Positions 1 through 11,300 of a stretch of DNA of 64,000 bases are shown in pieces. Position numbers and translations under genes: made by a program. Under the pieces are notes generated by a model. That model was given only the letters and a program-made list of their open reading frames with translations. It ran no database searches and was not told the origin of the DNA. Within the stretch, counting starts at the first letter, position 1, and the number at the start of each line of letters is the position of its first letter. Location: contig NC_087249.1 in NCBI RefSeq assembly GCF_037042905.1, positions 10,170,001 to 10,234,000 on the forward strand. Direction: 5' to 3'. The DNA is from Lytechinus pictus (taxonomy: Eukaryota).

Positions 1-505
1 TTTGGTACCAATGATTAAGATTTGTATCTAAAAGAGAATAGATGCGAGCGCGAAGCGCGAGCTGAAAATTTTGATATTTCGATCTGAAAAAATGACAGTT
101 TACTGGACGTTTTTGATAAAGAACAAGCTATATATCCAAGAAAAGATGATTGCAAATTGAAGCAGTTCTTTTGAGGCTTAGAACTGAAAATGGGACATTT
201 ACATTCACCAATTTAATCATGAAAAGTATGGGTTTTTGCTACAGAAATGATGCGAGCGCGAAGCGCGAGCTGAAAATTTTTATATTCCAATCTGAAAAGC
301 GGACATTTTGAGCACGATTTTAAATAAAGAACGAGTTGTGTATCTCAATCTCGCTTGCTGAACATTACAATCTTGTTTTTTTTTAATGCATATCCGGAAT
401 TATTGGGGGGGGGGCAAAATGATATGTTTGCCCCCCCAATATTTGTATTGGTGGGGCGATCGCCCCCCCTGCCCCCCCCCCCCCCCCCCAGGATCGACGC
501 CTCTG
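1..505. mobile_element. Right part of a non-autonomous hAT-like element (same family as 26286-27193)
   Basis: Colinear with 26680-27193; ends in TIR GGATCGACGCCTCTG; contains GCGAGCGCGAAGCGCGAG subterminal motifs. Confidence 0.85.
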
Positions 506-660
506 ATAATGAGAATATGGGATGAGGCGAGGCCCGGGGCGAGGCCCGGGCGAGGCCAACTCAACAGATGACGCAGGACACCATTATTAGTTGGCCTCGC
601 CTCATCTCATGTTTAATATTCACAACTCAACAGCGATTGGTAGAAGTAAACTTATCATCA

Positions 661-703
<43 letters not shown>

Positions 704-887
704 GTATATACAGTATATATATATAAATATATATAAATGTGTAAAGTTATACATTTACAACCTCTTTGGCAACTCTTTTATTTGAATATTGTAAAGAAAT
801 GGATGAAGAGAACAATGGTAAGCGTAGCTTAAATCAAGGTTCCCCAGAGCTATCTAACCTTTGGAAAAATTGGTGATGCCGAAAAAA

Positions 888-959
888 TGTCCCTGCCGGG
901 AATCGAACCCGGGCCCCTAGCTTTGAACGCCGGTGCCTTAACCACAAGACCACAGAGAC
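888..959 (-). tRNA. Second, divergent copy of the tRNA-like (TCA) gene
   Basis: Reverse complement of 1086-1157 with 2 substitutions (D-loop A14->T and one anticodon-stem mismatch); T6 terminator at 887-882. Confidence 0.5.
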
Positions 960-1085
960 GGGTTAGTGGCTAGGGCGACCCCGATCCGATTGACCGTCAG
1001 ATAGACAGATTTTTGACACTATACCAATTATAATTTCCTTTGTCGTGTGAAGGTGGCTTTCGAACAATGACAAGCCGCCATGCTT

Positions 1086-1157
1086 GTCTCTGTGGTCTAG
1101 TGGTTAAGGCACCGGCGTTCAAAGCTGGGGGCCCGGGTTCGATTCCCGGCAGGGACA
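1086..1157 (+). tRNA. tRNA-like gene, 72 nt, anticodon TCA (tRNA-Glu-like body; opal-suppressor-like or SINE-type)
   Basis: Complete cloverleaf: acceptor GTCTCTG/CAGGGAC+A; D stem GTCT/AGGC; anticodon stem CCGGC/GCTGG with loop GTTCAAA; T stem CCGGG/CCCGG with loop TTCGATT. A and B boxes intact; T6 terminator at 1158-1163. Function is unproven. Confidence 0.55.
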
Positions 1158-1310
1158 TTTTTTCGGCATCACCAAATTTTCCCAAAGGGTAGATAGCTCT
1201 GGGGAACCTTGATTTAAGCTACGCCTACCATTGTTCTCTTCATCCATTTCTTTACAATATTCAAATAAAAGAGTTGCCAAAGCTGTTGTCCATGTATAAC
1301 TTTAAACATT

Positions 1311-1375
<65 letters not shown>

Positions 1376-2469
1376 TGATGATAAGTTTACTTCTACTAAT
1401 CGCTGTTGAGTTGTGAATATTAAACATGAGATGAGGCGAGGCCAACCAATGATGGTGTCCTGCGTCATCTGTTGAGTGATCACGAATTTCCTTGTTGACC
1501 ATAATAGATTGCGAGACAAATGAATACCCTCTAGCGATTATTTCATTCCGCAATAATGAACCTATTTAGTACTATGAATATTTTTTTTCACATTTTACAC
1601 TTCTATTTAATTCATTTTATTTTTTCAAGTCTTATTTTAGATAATGAACTATATGCATGCTGCCCTTTTCCACACCAATTTGTTGTACTCTCTTTTTGCT
1701 GAGGCAATTCATGTGCCCGCTCTCCTGCACACTTCTCCCTCTCTCGATCCACTCCCTTGCCTTTCTTCTTCATGCCCTTTTCCTAGCCCTACTTCATTTC
1801 CTGTTTTGTATTTGTATTGTAGGCTATTTGTGGTACAGGCGTATATATCCCATGCACCACAAGTTTAGCGTTTAGGGAATGGCGCCGTCTTCTGTTAACA
1901 GATCTGTTAACAGATCTTTTTTAAGTATATCTACGCTATTTTAATTTTGTATGGATTATATTGAAAAATGTGATATTTTGTGAAGATGGAAGAAAATTAA
2001 TGTTTTTTTTTTATTGAATTCAATAATTATTTTCAGCCCGGACTAGCCTATATATACCCCTTTCAATAACAGCATCCGCGGCCTTGAGTGGACCGAGTGT
2101 GAAAACCAGCCAGCAATATCCATACTTTTTTTTACTTCAAAACGGATATCAGTGGCGTAGGCCCTACAGATGGGGGAGGTTCTTGGCCCCCCCCCCCCCC
2201 ACAAAAAAATCACGACCAAGAAAACAAAGCAGAGAAAAGGAACTTGGAGAAGCAAAGAGAGAAGGGTGAAATATTGATATAATTTTCTAAATGTTACGTC
2301 AAATTCTATATCACAATTTTGAATTTTTGCAATAAAATTGTCGAAATTTTTGCTCGCTCGCTTTGCTCGGAACTTTTTATAACTTTTGCCCAATACGTCA
2401 GCATACATTTCCCCCTCAATTTTTTTTTTTGGGCTCATTACGCTACTGACGACATAGACAAGTTTGAGC

Positions 2470-3180
2470 TATTCGTTCAAAATCTGTAATTGAGAAAAGA
2501 GTGATTTCGATATAGGGCAATTAAGGTTAAAGACTATAATGCAGACAACCCTTTTCTGCAATTGGAACTACACAAGGCAATATTACAAAAGTTTAAGTAA
2601 GGTAACATGATAGAATTCATCATTATGAATCTTGGTAAAAATCGAAATTATTTCATACTCCCAACTCATTTGAAAACTTGCAGGTAATGCCAACAAGTGT
2701 GCTCATGTCATATTTTTGGTTTATTGTTATCCCTATAAATATTAACGAAGATGCTAATGAAATATATTTGTTTCCCCAATCCGTTAAATCGTGTGCATTT
2801 CTTCATGTATTTTATTTAATATTCAATTAGTTTCTTTACAGAAATTCATTTATCTAATAGTACTAATTTAGACTTAAATTTATTATTTACGAACCGGGGA
2901 TGGGGTTGACATAAAAATCACTTGTATCTGCAAAATGAGTGAAATTAAGTTGACAAGATACATCGTATAAATAATTCAGAAATAACAGTGGGCCTAATAT
3001 TGAGCCCTCGGGCACTCCACATCTGGCGGCGGCTTTTTTTTCTTAACTCTGATGTAATAATTTTTACGGTAGCAAATCGTTTAGAATCAAGTAAATAACT
3101 TTTACACCAATGTGATAAAAACACCACTTATATGCGATAATCACTGAGTCAATGAAACAGAATAAAATGATCATGATTAT
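2470..3180 (-). mobile_element. Degenerate CR1/L2-type LINE reverse transcriptase fragment
   Basis: Minus strand reads WCKSYL... and CGVPEGSILGPLLFL...FADT around 3110-2920, with stops and frameshifts; boundaries approximate. Confidence 0.65.
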
Positions 3181-3183
3181 TAA

Positions 3184-6152
3184 AGGCTGTTCATCAAGAA
3201 ATAAACCCAAATAGTATCCCGTAATTAGTAACCATCTGGAATAAAATTATTGGAAATGTTTTTTTGACCGATTTGAAAAGGTATGGGTGTCAACATTTAC
3301 CAAAAAAAAGTCAGGAGGAATACGGTTTGGGGAAAGTGCTTTTTTCAAGGTCAAAGGTCAATGACCTTTTTAAATATACTGTATCAAGGTATCTCCCAGA
3401 TAAAATATTACAGGTTGGTGATCATGGTGTCAAAATGCACAGATTCTTACAAGAAGATCAAATAAAATCAAATCAAGTACCTACAATGCTCATTCACCCA
3501 TGAAATTCAAGGTCAAAGCCTTTCAAATGTCAATCACCTTTTTTATATACCATATACGGTATAATGGTATCTCTGAGATGAAAAGGCGCAGGTTGGTGAT
3601 CTTGGTGTCAAAATGCAAAGGTTCTTACAGGAAGATTAAATAAAATTGAATTAAGTACCCAGAATGCACATTAAACAAAAACATTCAAGGTCAAAGCCTT
3701 TCATATACCATATACGGTATAATGGTATCTCTGAGATGAAATTGGTGATCTTGGTGTCAAAATGCACAGATTCTTACAAGAAAATCAAATGAAATCAAAT
3801 CAAGTACCTACAATGCTCATTCACCAATGAAATTCAAGGTCAAAGCCTTTCAAAGCTCAATGACCTTTTTTTACATTATATACCATATACGGTATAATGG
3901 TATCTCTGAGATGAAAAGGCGCAGGTTAATGGGTGATCTTGGTGTCAAAATGCAGAGGTTCATACAGGAAGATCAAATAAACTAAAATTAAGTACCCCGA
4001 ATGCACATTAAACAATAACATTCAAGGTAAAAGCCTTTCAAAGGTCAATGACCTTTTTTTTTTTACATTATGCATCATACTGAATAATAGTATCTCTGAG
4101 ATGAAACGGCACAGGTTGGTGATCGTTGTGTCAAAATGCACAGATTCTTACAGGAAGGTCAAATAAGATAAATTTAATCACCTGGAATGCATATTAATCC
4201 ATAAAGTTCAAGGTCAAAGGTCAATGACCTTTTCACATAGGCTTTATATCGTATAATGGTATATCTGAGATAAAACGCTGCATGTTGGTTATTTTGGTGT
4301 CAAAAAGCAATTTTTGTAAGAAGATAAAAAGGCACAAAATAATCATAAAGAATAATATCCTTCACCTTTGATATCCAAAGTCAAAGGTCAAAAGTTAATA
4401 AATATTTATATATCCATGCATGATTCCCCCCAAAAAGAAATTAATCCATTATATTCACATTTTATTCGTGAATAATAGAAAGAAAGATATATATTTGTAA
4501 TGAAAACTTGGATGTTTAATAATTTCACTCTGAAATGAGTATAAAAAATATATTTAGGGGTTAGAGGTCAATCAACTATGTCAATAACGTCAGGGAATTT
4601 AAGTAAATAGGTCGATATAACGTGATTGTGGCATGTAGGTATAGGTATAGTGATTCTGATGGGGAAAAGACTGACCTGCGTGGAAAATGAACACAAATTT
4701 AATAGTTGAATCCTTGACCAATGATGATGTCAAAATACAAGTTCGAGGTGAAATTGAGACCAAATAGCACTTTTTAATATATATTGTAGTAATGCATTGC
4801 CAAAAGTGTAAAAAAATCATGTATGATATAATTTGAAATGGTGAAGTTGTCTAAAGTAGCAGCATTTAGATATGCATTTTATAAATCTAAATCAATGTAC
4901 TATTTTTCTCTGTAGCAATAGGTCACTAACCTCAAATGCTACAATCAATACTATAAAACTATAACGTAATCTGTAAATGGAAAGGATAGGCCTAACTCTT
5001 ATGACAAGCATCATCCGAGAACATTTTCATATAGCCAGGGACAATGATGAAGAATTGAAATAAGGCAATCATTTGAGCTGCAGCTTTTGTCATATATAGT
5101 AAATGAAGTTAAGTGTCTCAACTTCAGCAAAGAGAAATTAAACTCTTCAAAACCTTCTGACATTTTCAGGACTTTGATCTGGCCCATTCAATGAAAGCCT
5201 ATATATACGTTCTGCATATCAGACCAGGATCTATATTATTACTGATATATTGCACAGCTTGATTCTCAAGAACTGGAAGTGGTGCTGTAGGAGTTTGTTA
5301 GGTCGATGAATATGTACTTGTAAGCTATTATCTCCTTTTGAATTTCATTATTATATGCCTAATTTGTGTTTGATAACAATCAGTTGTTCTGGACCAAATA
5401 CATGATCCTTGTACAAACTGATACCGAGTAGAAATAGCATTATGGGTGACGTACGGCAGAGAGCAGATATGAAGTTTTGTCCTGCAGCATTAGCATCTCA
5501 AGAGATTCTTGCAGCTCGCAATGAAATGTAATGGATAATAATACGGGAATTCATCTTTGTTGAATTTGATATACATGCCATTTACTACATGTATGACAGT
5601 AGCTGCAACTCTAATGATGGCCTTCATTTCATCTTCATCATCATCCCTCTGCTGTTTGGAAATGCTCTCAGATGATGCTAGCTGTGACATGAGAGTTAGA
5701 TCTATCCTATCCATTTTCAGAAGATTAAGCTAATAGTTTATAGTATTTATTATAGCATTGAGGTGAGTGGCCTATCCGGCGCTGGAGAGAAAAAGAAACG
5801 ACAACCTTGATTTAGGTATTATGATGCATTAAAAGCTGCTACTTAAGATAAAAATCATTTCAAATTATACTTGATTTCATTTATTTTCTTTTATTGCTTT
5901 TGGCAACGCATCGCAGTATATGAAGAAGTGTTATTTGGTTATCAACTTTTTAAACTTAATTTCCACTGATATTTTGGAAAGGGTTCATTAACCTCTGACC
6001 AATAAATACATTCCCCATGACCTTCATTATTTCAGACTGAAATTATGAAGCCTCCATGTTTTCATAACAAAGTGGCCATCTTTATTTACATTATTCACAA
6101 ATAAAATATGAACACAAAGGATAATTTTTTGTTATTTTTATGTAATACAGAT

Positions 6153-6188
<36 letters not shown>

Positions 6189-7887
6189 CTGTATTACATA
6201 AAAATAACAAAAAATTATCCTTTGTGTTCATATTTTATTTGTGAATAATATATCTATATGTATATCCTCTGATCTTGGATTTCAAGGGTGAAAGTTTATT
6301 CTTTATACTTATTTTCGTGTTGGTTAATCTTCTTGTACAAGTCTTTGCATTTTGGCACCAAGATCACCAGCCTGCGGTGTTTTATCTCAGAGATACCATT
6401 ATTATTATCTAATGTTAAAAAGGACATTGACCTTTGTCCTTTAATTTTATGGGTGAATGTGCATTCTCGATGCTTAATTTTATTTTATTTTATCTTCCTG
6501 TAAGAATCTGTGTATTTTGACACCAAGAACACCAACCTGCGCCGTTTTATCTTAGAGATATATATAATATGGTATATAATGTATAAAGGTCATTGACCTT
6601 TGGCCTTAAATTTTATGGGTGAATCTGCATTCGAGGTACTTAAAGGACAAGTCCACTCCAACAAAAACTTGATTTGAATAAAAAGAGAAAAATTCAACAA
6701 GCATAACACTGAAAATTTCATCAAAATCGGATGTAAAATAAGAAAGTTATGGCATTTTAAAGTTTCGCTTCATTTCACAAAACAGTTATATGCACATCTC
6801 GGTTGGTATGCAAATGAGGAACTGATGACATCACTCACTCACTATTTCTTTTGTATTTCATTATATGAAATATGAAATATTTTTATTTTCTCGTCATTGT
6901 CATGTGAAATGAAGTTTTATTCCTCCCTGAACACGTGGAATTCCATTATTTTAACATTTTGTGTTTCAGGCAAGGAGGTCCTAATCGTCAAATTTGTAAA
7001 AATTGAAACATTGTATAATTCAAACAATAAAAAACAAAAGAAATAGTGAGTGAGTGACATCATCGACTCTCTCATTTGGATGTAACTGGCTCGTTCATAT
7101 TACTATTTTGTTAAAAATAAGCGAAACTTTCAAATGTCATAACTTTCTTATTTTACATCCGATTTTGATGAAATTTTCAGCATTGTGCTTGTCTGATTTT
7201 TCTTTATTGATTCAAATCAACATTTTTCTGAGGTGGACTTGACCTTTAATTTTATTTTATTTGATCTTGTAGTAAGAATCTGTGCATTTTGACACCATGA
7301 TCACCAACCTGTGCCTTTTCATCTCAGAGATACCATTATACAGTATGGTATATAATGTAAAAAGGTCATTGACCTTTGAAAAGCTTTGACCTTGAATTTT
7401 ATTGGTGAATGTCCATTCTAGGTACTTAACTTTATTTTATTTCATCTTCTTGTAAGAATATGTACATTTTGACACCATGATCATCAGCCTGTACCTTATC
7501 ATCTCAGAGATACCATTATACGGTATATATGGTATTAAATGTAAAAAAGGTCATTGACCTTTGAAAGGCTTTGACCTTGAATTTTATCGGGGAATGTGCA
7601 TTCTAGGTAATTTATTTTATTTTTCATTGATATTCTGGTAAGAATTTTCGCATTTTGACACCATTATCACCAACCTGCGCATTTCCATCTCAGAGATACC
7701 ATTATATGAAAAGGTCATTGACCTTTGACCTTGAAAAAAACCACCTTCCCCAACCCGGCCGTATTCCTCCTAACTTTTATTTGGTAAATGTTGACAGCCA
7801 TACCTACTCGAATCAGTTGAAAAACCATTTCCAATAATTGTATTCCTGATTGGCTATTTTGGGGTCTAATTTAGGGATACTACAGCT
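3184..7887. mobile_element. TTAA-flanked DNA transposon with long, internally repetitive TIRs and a decayed transposase-like core
   Basis: TTAA at 3180-3183 and 7888-7891. Arms 3184-~4390 and ~6330-7887 are inverted and built from ~175-bp tandem units (CAAGGTCAAAG / GGTGTCAAAATGCA). The core at ~4600-5750 (-) has a broken ORF (MKAIIRVAATVI...; PIMLFLLGISL...FG...LG; VQYISNNID; GFH*MG). Confidence 0.75.
6644..7245. mobile_element. Kolobok-like MITE (TTAA TSD), copy 1
   Basis: TTAA|AGGACAAGTCCAC...GTGGACTTGACCT|TTAA; inserted in one unit of the host arm, and neighbouring units show the empty site. Confidence 0.9.
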
Positions 7888-8075
7888 TTAAGAACCATCA
7901 ACCTGGCAACTGAAAGGGTAAAAAGTTCAAGTGAGTATTGCCCCCCCCCCCTTTTTTTTTTTTTCTTTTAGCCTCTTTTTCAGTTGTCCGCTCTTTGCAG
8001 ACAGTTCATGTACTGTTGGCCGGACTGTTGGATCCAATTATTTTTTGCTAGGAGGCTATATAACCAGTAGTACGC

Positions 8076-8374
8076 CTAAAACCTTATTATCCAATAGCCA
8101 CATGGTTGATCAATCATCCAGTCCCCACCCGAAGCACTTCTCACTCTCAGGCCAATCCTCAGAATCTTCACTTGCACTTCTGGACGAAAATTGATAAAAG
8201 GAGTTGAATTCCCCTGAAGTCCCACTGCAAAGTTTCCCTCCGAGTGGTCAAGCCAGAACGAATCGTACCCAGATGGTCCGCAGTGAAGCTGGCTCAGCAC
8301 TGGGCTACGGACACTGGATGTTCCATGACGAGTTCGTTGGGTCGCCATAACATGCGAGGATCCAACGCAGAAGT
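8076..8374 (-). CDS. EGF/FAMeT gene exon 5 (C-terminal half of the FAMeT-like domain)
   Basis: Acceptor ataccatcag|; in frame with ORF 8076..8348; stop TAG at 8076-8078. Confidence 0.75.
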
Positions 8375-11300
8375 CTGATGGTATAATAATGAAAGTTTAG
8401 TTGAGTGGGGTGTAAATGATTTGCTATATTCCTATGGGCTGTGATTATGATACAAACGCAGGCCTCCAAGTTCATTTTTCCTGGATCATCTCTCAAAAAC
8501 TGTGATATTAACCCCCCGAATTAACCCTAATTTAATGACCCCCTCAATCTCCCCAACGCTTCAAGTTGACTACCCGGATCGAGGATGGTGAGAGCGGGGC
8601 GGGTGAGAGTCCAAATGTTCAACGACACTACATAAAAACAAACCGTTACAAAAATAAAAGATCATCACCATCAGTGACTAATTAAATGTGCATAGCAATA
8701 GCACAGTTTTGGTACAAATCAAACCAGAAAGAAATACGTAATTGTGTCTTTTATAAGTCAAATGGCATGCAGGGGAGTTAATAGGGAAAACAGTAAGGGG
8801 CCTATATAGCTACACCGCGAGGGCATTAAGATGAGATGAAATGCCATTTTAGGCATAACATATGTTCGCTGAATATAATTCACCCAATTATGTACATGCC
8901 CCGTTCACGGACCCCAAAAGGAAATTAATTAAAAAAGAAGGGAATATTTCATAAGTATTATGATATGGAATCAACTTCTGGGCGGGGTGCTACTTCACAA
9001 GGGCATTAAAAAACAAATTCATTTTGAAAACAGGCGCATTTCATTTTTTTTTAAACCCAACACCTTTCATTTTGAAAAAGGACACAATTCGTTTTTTTAA
9101 AGACACGTTTCATATATTGGAAAAAAAGACATTTTTTCTATAGATTTTTGGGGGAGCTCAAGAAGTGCCCCCCCCCCCGTGATTTCTTGGTGAATTGGCC
9201 GTAGTTTCTTCTCACGACCGTAGTGTAGGGCCTGCAGGACACAGGGCCGTGGTGAGAGAAGTACCATTGGCATTTCAATTCCTGTGCTGTTGAATTTGAC
9301 TCCGATTTGAAATATAATACGCTATTAAAGCATGGCCTTAAGCAGGGGGCACTTGCCCCCCCCCTCCAAAATTTCGAAACCGCCCCTTCGAAACTTATAT
9401 TTTTTACTGAAAAATTCACAAAATTTATGCACAATTTCACTTTACAAAATGCAAAAGCGCCCCAATAAAGAGCTCGGTCGCTTCGCTCTCGAGTTTTTTT
9501 CAAAAAAGTTCACTCGTGCTGCCTCTCCGTGAAATATTTCTGCGTATGGTCATGTATTTAAGTATATTATTGTTATTATTATCAACTTCAATCTTATGAG
9601 TTAGAAAAAATACGTTTTGCCTACCAGTAGCGTACGCAGGATTTTTGAAAGGGGGGGGGGGGTCGAGTTGAATAAAAATTTGACAAGGAAAAAAAAGTAA
9701 AGTTTTCACCTCAAAAATTTGAAAAATCATGTCTTTTCTTGACAAAAAAAATTGACAAGCCGCCCCCCCCCCAAAAAAAAAGGAAAATGGTTTTTTAGAA
9801 AGTCTGAGAGGGCGGGGGTTGAACTCCTATAACCCAACCGCGTAGCCAGGATTAAATTTTGGAGGGGGCGGTAAGTGCACGCCAAGCGTGCCAACAAAGA
9901 GCGCTCCCTAGGGGGGAGGTTTCCCCCTCCCGCGCGGAGCGCGAAGTTTTTGATATCAAATTCAAATCAAAAGGCGTCTCTCGAGTCTCTAGTACCTTTA
10001 TCAACTCAAATTCAATTGAATTGCTGTGATAAAAAAAAAACTTGTTTTCAAAAGAAATTATGAACTTGAAGATTTGAAAAAAAGAAAAGAATTTGAAATA
10101 ATTCCTCCTACCGCGCGAAGCGCGGAAGCTAAAACGTTTTATAAAAATTGAGAACAGAAGTGGTATAAAATGCCTACCTGGGGCACATCAGATTTGATCT
10201 AAATTTCGTTAGCTCAAGTTAACTCAAGCCGCAAAATAGAGTAGAAGACGGGTATATATTATGCACGGTGGAATATTTATTCCTGCAAAGCGCGAAGATT
10301 TTGATGTCTCATCAAATTCAAATCAAAAGAAGACGACGTTTCCTGCGTCTCTAGTACCCTTATTAACTCGAATTAAATTGACTTGCTGTAATTAAAAGAA
10401 AACTGTAACTCGATTAAGAAGAAAAACGAGCTCAAAATGTGAAAGGGATGATGCAAGCTAGAAGAAGGACTTAATTTTCCTTTCCCATGCTCGCGAAGCA
10501 CAGAAACCTTTGTGATTTATTTTAGACGAAAAAACATTGTGTAATTTCGCTCACATTAAGCGCTTCCTTTTGTTTGATTAAGAGACCTCAGTGATATTAA
10601 GCATTTTAAATCAATGGCACAAAACAAGACAGGAAATGGATGTGCAGCGATGTAAAATAAAGTTTTATATCGTACATACTTTTGCATATAGCACGGCATG
10701 TACTTAACCCCTCCCCTTAAATTTGAGCAGATATACTTTGCCAAAAATAACTTGCTGAAAGGGAAAGAAATATCATTTGGGGAGTCGGGAAGTGACGGTA
10801 ATGTTTACCCGCTCCAAACAGAAAAGCCGACATTTTGTGTCAATGCAATAAAAAAAAATACTTTTCATAGTATACTCTTTACACCCATGTATAATTTATA
10901 ATTTCTGGCAAGAAAATACGATTCCCACAGCTGGGAAGGGGAAACGGAGTAGAAAAAAGGTGTGGGAAACAAAAGGGAAAGGCGATTTTGATATTTTTTG
11001 CGCGGAGCGCGAAAGCAAAATTTTGTATGTAGAGAGATCAACGTTTCGTTAAGGTTTTTCAATCTTTTGAAAAAAAAAGAAGGAAAAAACAACAAAGCTA
11101 TACCTTCTTTATCTTTTTCTTCTTTTCCTCTTCTTCTTTTTTCTTTTTGGGGCGTTTTTTTTTTTTTTTTTTGGGGGGGGAGACAGCCCCCACCGCCCCC
11201 CTGGCTACGCGCCTGCTGTAACCCCCCATAGACAAATAACAACGTCCCCGACAAAATGGTGGAGCTTCGGGGGCCTGCCCCCGGTACGCGCCTGTTGCCT

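Larger units (their letters stand above)
560..1476. repeat. ~0.9-kb foldback (long inverted repeat) with (TA)n tracts in both arms
   Basis: ~560-960 is the near-perfect reverse complement of ~1085-1476, with a ~125-bp spacer; (TA)n at ~664-736 and ~1310-1372. Confidence 0.9.

Noticed and set aside
1086..1157. Selenocysteine tRNA
   Set aside because: The anticodon is TCA, but the 72-nt length, 4-nt variable loop and 7/5 stems do not fit tRNA-Sec architecture.
1590..1890. Extension of the segmental duplication (matches 19040-19315)
   Set aside because: The match is real, but it could equally be a dispersed repeat; the intervening colinearity could not be established.
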